Positions 32,936 to 36,787 of a DNA stretch of 36,787 nt are shown here, in pieces; position 1 is the stretch's first letter; every line of letters starts with the position of its first letter. The position numbers were made by a program, and so were the translations under genes. This DNA is from Bacteroidales bacterium (GTDB lineage: Bacteria; Bacteroidota; Bacteroidia; Bacteroidales; WCHB1-69), in the NCBI GenBank assembly GCA_031266895.1, contig JAISAD010000002.1:1-36787 (forward strand), written 5' to 3'. The notes below the pieces were generated by a model that saw only the letters and a program-made list of their open reading frames with translations, ran no database searches and was not told the origin of the DNA.

Positions 32936-35890
32936 TTATTTCACTAGCACCTCGTCAATAAAGATAAATGCCGGATATCCGGCGCCGGCATGCCATGCGG
33001 GCAAATCGCCATAATTTTCGGCTTTAATTCTAATGTAGCGTGCTTTGGCCTTTTTAGTAATCATAAAATCGGACGTGGCAGGCGTTTCATCGCTATCAGG
33101 ATAGGGATTTGCAAAAATGCCATAGTTTACATAATGCTCATTGTCATCCGATATTTCTACCGTCATATTTTTAGGGAACAGTATCCAGGAACGGGTATCC
33201 TGTAAAAATCCTGCGCCAATCTGTTCAACATCCTGTACCTTGCGCAAGTCTATAACAGCTTCAAAATCAGTGTCCTGGTAGCCTTGCCAGCCGCCTAGCC
33301 GCCAATTGACGCTGCCCCTAAGGTTGTCAATCAGGCCATCGGGGCCATCGGCGGTATATTGTGCATTATATTTGGATTTTAAGGCAATATCCCTGTTCTT
33401 TTCAAATTTGTAGTATTGGCTGCTAGCCAATTGGCTGCGCCCCCTTCCCAATTGATATGTAACAGCTTGTATTTCAGTATTTTCTTTAATTAAAACAGGC
33501 TGCTCATAACGCAAGGATTTTTGATTGGGAAATGAGCCATCTAAGGTATAATATATGAAATACGGGGCATCATTGCCCAATTTATTAGCCTCGTTTACCG
33601 AAAGCGACACGTACAAACTGTCTTTAAACGTGTGCAAAGCCGGCTCAAAAACAGGCGAAGTGAGCAATGTAGGCTCTACTTCGCTTTTCGGGCAAGATTC
33701 AGGTTCAGTAGCCCAACTTGCAGGCTTATTACTCATATTAAACTTCAAAACGCCCCCGTTTTTTATATCGTCGTAAGTTATATATGAGCGGTTTAGAGGC
33801 GTGCCGTTCAGCGTTGCCTCTTTGATGTAATAATTTTCGGGCGACTGATTTTCGCAAATTACCGTGAAAGTTTTGCCGTTTTCCAGTCGCATTGTTGCCT
33901 TGTCGAAAATGGGCGATCCGATAATATACTGATTATCGCCCGGACATACCGGATAGAAGCCCATAGCGCTAAAAACGTACCATGCCGACATCTGCCCGCA
34001 ATCTTCATTACCGCACAAGCCGTCAGGTTTTGAGGTGTATAGCTCCTGCATGATTTGGCGCACCAGTTGTTGCGTTTTATATGGTTTTCCTGCATAATTA
34101 TAGAGATAGGCGGCATGGTGGCTCGGCTCGTTTCCATGCGCATATTGTCCTATCAGTCCGGTAACATCTGCTTGATTGCGCCCTGTGGTGGCAGCTTGGG
34201 TATGAAAAAGCGAATCTAAAAACCGTTCAGCCTGCGCCTTGCTGCCCATGAGTGCGATATAGTTGGTAAAATCATGCGGCACGTATGTAGAGTATTGCCA
34301 CGAATTGCCTTCGGTAAAGTGGTTGTTGATTTCGGTGGGAGCAAAGGGTTGCATAAAGCTGCCATTAATAATAGGATGCATAAAGCCGGCGCTATCCATC
34401 AGGTTTTTGTAAAATTGACAGCGATAGATAAATTCATCGTAAGCCTGCTGATTGCCGATGGCTTTCGCAAATTGAGCAATACACCAGTCGTCATACGCAT
34501 ACTCCAGTGTTTTGGAAACCGACTCATGCTCCTTGTCGGCAGGGATAAATCCGTAGCGGGCATACTCGAGCCGTCCCAGCTTAGGCAAATTAGCGCTATA
34601 AATCATGGCTTTAAGTATCTTTTCTTTTTCGGCCTGCGTATAATCGTCTAAAATGCCCTTGCGGCAGGCATCATAAATTACCGAAACGGAGTGGTAGCCA
34701 ATCATGCACCATGTTTCAAAAGCCGAAAGCTCCCAAACAGTAAGCATGCCGCCCTGCTCGTAGTGGCGCATAAAAGTGTAAACAAAATCGCGGGTACGTG
34801 CGCGATCAATCAGAGCGAGTAGCGGATGCAGTGCGCGGTAAGTATCCCACAGCGAAAAGACGGTGTAAATATTATGATCGTGGCTTTTATGAATCTTGCC
34901 ATCCATGCCCATATAGGATCCATCTATGTTGTTAAATATATAGGGAGATGTAAAGCAATGATACAAAGCTGTATAAAAAATCCTTTTCTGCTCTTCGGTG
35001 CCGCCTTCAACACCGATTTTGCTTAATTCATAATTCCAGCACTGTTGCGCATGCTGCTTTATCTTCTCAAAATTAAAACCCTTAATTTCCGCCTGATTTT
35101 TTTCGGCATATTCATAATTATCAATGCCCGAAACGGCTACTTTCAATATTACATTCCTGCAATTTTCAGCAAAATAGATGATCGCCTTGCAGTTTTCTCC
35201 CTCAATTTCGCTGTTGGCCGCGGGCGTTAACTTATCGTCAAGATAAAACTCCACTTTTTCAATCGGCTGCGAAAAGAGAATCGAGAAACTCAATTTTTGA
35301 TGAGTATTCCATGCGGAAGAGTTGCGGACGCCGCTGATTTTAGCCTGTTTCTTATCGTATATAATCTTGCTGTACAAAACTTTATCTCGATGCTGCAAAT
35401 CCAGAATTACGCCTCTTGCCTTTTTCCCTGCTGGAAAGGTGTAGCGATGTACGCCCACCCGCTCTGAGGCAGTCAGTTCTGCCCTGATTTTTATTTTGGG
35501 CAGCCAAACCGCATAATAGCCGGGTGCAGCTGTTTCGTCCGCATGGCTGAACGGTTGCGCATATTCGCTATTAATTACTGACGGCATGCCGGTGAAAGGC
35601 ATCAGCAGCACATCGCCATAGTCAGAGCAGCCCGTACCGCTCAGGTGAGTATGCGAAAAGCCATAGAGCAGGCTATCGGAGTAGTGGTAGGCCGAACAAC
35701 CATCCCAGCCATCAAGGCGTGTGTCGGGGCTTACCTGCACGCCTCCAAAAGGCACAAGCGCCCCAGGAAAGGTGTGGCCGTGAAAATCGGTTCCGACAAA
35801 AGGATTTACATAATTTACAGGAGCTTGCTGCGCCCAGGCAGCGCTTCCAAACAGGGCAAAAACAACTAAGATAAAGATCTTTTTTCGCAT
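32936..35890 (-). CDS. GH92 family alpha-mannosidase with C-terminal Fn3-associated and discoidin-like domains
   Basis: YVNPFVGT, GHTFPGA..PFG, GFSHTHLSGTG, FSLWDTYRALHPL, TLEYAYDD, GNEPSHH, GNEDCGQMSAWYVFSAMGFYP and YYTLDGS.P. Confidence 0.95.
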   Translation of the reverse strand: MRKKIFILVVFALFGSAAWAQQAPVNYVNPFVGTDFHGHTFPGALVPFGGVQVSPDTRLDGWDGCSAYHYSDSLLYGFSHTHLSGTGCSDYGDVLLMPFTGMPSVINSEYAQPFSHADETAAPGYYAVWLPKIKIRAELTASERVGVHRYTFPAGKKARGVILDLQHRDKVLYSKIIYDKKQAKISGVRNSSAWNTHQKLSFSILFSQPIEKVEFYLDDKLTPAANSEIEGENCKAIIYFAENCRNVILKVAVSGIDNYEYAEKNQAEIKGFNFEKIKQHAQQCWNYELSKIGVEGGTEEQKRIFYTALYHCFTSPYIFNNIDGSYMGMDGKIHKSHDHNIYTVFSLWDTYRALHPLLALIDRARTRDFVYTFMRHYEQGGMLTVWELSAFETWCMIGYHSVSVIYDACRKGILDDYTQAEKEKILKAMIYSANLPKLGRLEYARYGFIPADKEHESVSKTLEYAYDDWCIAQFAKAIGNQQAYDEFIYRCQFYKNLMDSAGFMHPIINGSFMQPFAPTEINNHFTEGNSWQYSTYVPHDFTNYIALMGSKAQAERFLDSLFHTQAATTGRNQADVTGLIGQYAHGNEPSHHAAYLYNYAGKPYKTQQLVRQIMQELYTSKPDGLCGNEDCGQMSAWYVFSAMGFYPVCPGDNQYIIGSPIFDKATMRLENGKTFTVICENQSPENYYIKEATLNGTPLNRSYITYDDIKNGGVLKFNMSNKPASWATEPESCPKSEVEPTLLTSPVFEPALHTFKDSLYVSLSVNEANKLGNDAPYFIYYTLDGSFPNQKSLRYEQPVLIKENTEIQAVTYQLGRGRSQLASSQYYKFEKNRDIALKSKYNAQYTADGPDGLIDNLRGSVNWRLGGWQGYQDTDFEAVIDLRKVQDVEQIGAGFLQDTRSWILFPKNMTVEISDDNEHYVNYGIFANPYPDSDETPATSDFMITKKAKARYIRIKAENYGDLPAWHAGAGYPAFIFIDEVLVK

Positions 35891-35993
35891 ACGGTTATCG
35901 TTAAATCAGAATTTAATTTTTAAGCGTGCAAAGTTACAAAAGTTTTTCCTATTTTTGCACTTTAAATCAAAACAACTATTAAAAACCGATTTT

Positions 35994-36452
35994 ATGAAAA
36001 GATTTATAATTTCCATGGTATGCTGTATGGCGATGAGCTGTATAAGCTACGGGCAAAGCCCAATGGAAAAGGTATATGGATATGATGCTTCCGGCAACAG
36101 AATACTGCATCATGTGCTTACCTTCCGAAGCCAAACAGTACACACTGACAGTAATAAGGAAGATTCCGTCGAAACAGCGCCGCCACCCTATTACACGGAG
36201 CAGATAGGCTCACTGCAGCTTAATGTCTATCCCAATCCGACATCGGGTCAGGTGAACATAAGTGTATTAAACCCTGTGGAGTCGGTTAGCGGCTCCATCC
36301 GGATTTACACGTTGCAGGGGCAATTGTTGCGTACCCGGCAGGTTGATGCGCCGAATTGTACTATAGATTTATCGGGCGAGCCGGCGGGCATTTACCTGGT
36401 AAAAGTGCAGTTGAACCGTTTTGAGCAGGAGTGGAAAATCATAAAAGAATAG
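35994..36452 (+). CDS. Small T9SS type A sorting-domain protein
   Basis: Signal peptide, YGYDASGNRI motif, and VYPNPTSG...IYTLQGQ...GIYLVKV...KIIKE. -7 element at 35950-35957. Confidence 0.85.
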   Translation: MKRFIISMVCCMAMSCISYGQSPMEKVYGYDASGNRILHHVLTFRSQTVHTDSNKEDSVETAPPPYYTEQIGSLQLNVYPNPTSGQVNISVLNPVESVSGSIRIYTLQGQLLRTRQVDAPNCTIDLSGEPAGIYLVKVQLNRFEQEWKIIKE

Positions 36453-36464
36453 GGGAGGTAAAAG

Positions 36465-36787
36465 ATGAAAAATAGATACAGTTTATTATGGATAAAAAGA
36501 ATCACAATTATTGCCTGTTGCTTGGTCTTCACTTTGGGCAAGGCGCAAAACACCGCGTTGCCGGTAGGCAGTTTGCCCGGCAGCATAGACGTATCGGCCA
36601 CAGGAGCGGCCACTTACAGCATTCCCATAGAAGTAGTCCCGGGTACGGCGGGCATACAGCCCCATCTGTCCATAGTCTATAACAGCCAGTCGGGCAGAGG
36701 ATTGCTGGGCATGAAATGGACACTTGGCGGACTGTCGGCCATATCAAGAGCGCCTCAGACAACCTATTACGATGGTCGTCAAATGGG
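36465..36787 (+). CDS. SpvB/TcdB N-terminal domain protein, probably RHS-repeat (partial)
   Basis: Missing from the ORF track because it runs off the window. My translation: MKNRYSLLWIKRITIIACCLVFTLGKAQNTALPVGSLPGSIDVSATGAATYSIPIEVVPGTAGIQPHLSIVYNSQSGRGLLGMKWTLGGLSAISR. Confidence 0.85.
   Translation, partial: MKNRYSLLWIKRITIIACCLVFTLGKAQNTALPVGSLPGSIDVSATGAATYSIPIEVVPGTAGIQPHLSIVYNSQSGRGLLGMKWTLGGLSAISRAPQTTYYDGRQM

Noticed and set aside
36488-36762. ORFs 36488-36682 (+) and 36529-36762 (-)
   Set aside because: These are alternative frames of the SpvB-domain gene that starts at 36465.

Overview
Bacteroidota (Bacteroidales-like) chromosomal segment, judged from T9SS C-terminal domains, TAnnTTTG promoters and A-rich start contexts. 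Housekeeping and metabolic genes: biotin carrier plus Na+-decarboxylase beta subunit, hutI, MFS sugar permease, DUF1015, tRNA-Arg(CCU), ssb, tex, an acyltransferase, pyrG and a GH92. Accessory genes: a TdeIII/MjaII-like type II R-M pair, a cleaved-adhesin T9SS protein, a LytTR/lipoprotein islet, a deletion-fused pseudogene pair and the start of an SpvB/RHS toxin locus. The standout is a 2.7-kb non-coding tandem array (21396-24134) of 13 cassettes. On the minus strand each cassette reads as Bacteroidota promoter, then a variable 5' segment, then a covarying GCAACGGG-loop-CCCGTTGC hairpin and U-tract. In 12 of 13 cassettes the variable segment is the reverse complement of an ATG followed by codons that look like a gene start. 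I interpret this (inference, untested) as a battery of individually transcribed, diversified antisense small RNAs aimed at translation start sites. All family calls come from motif recognition by eye; no database searches were run.
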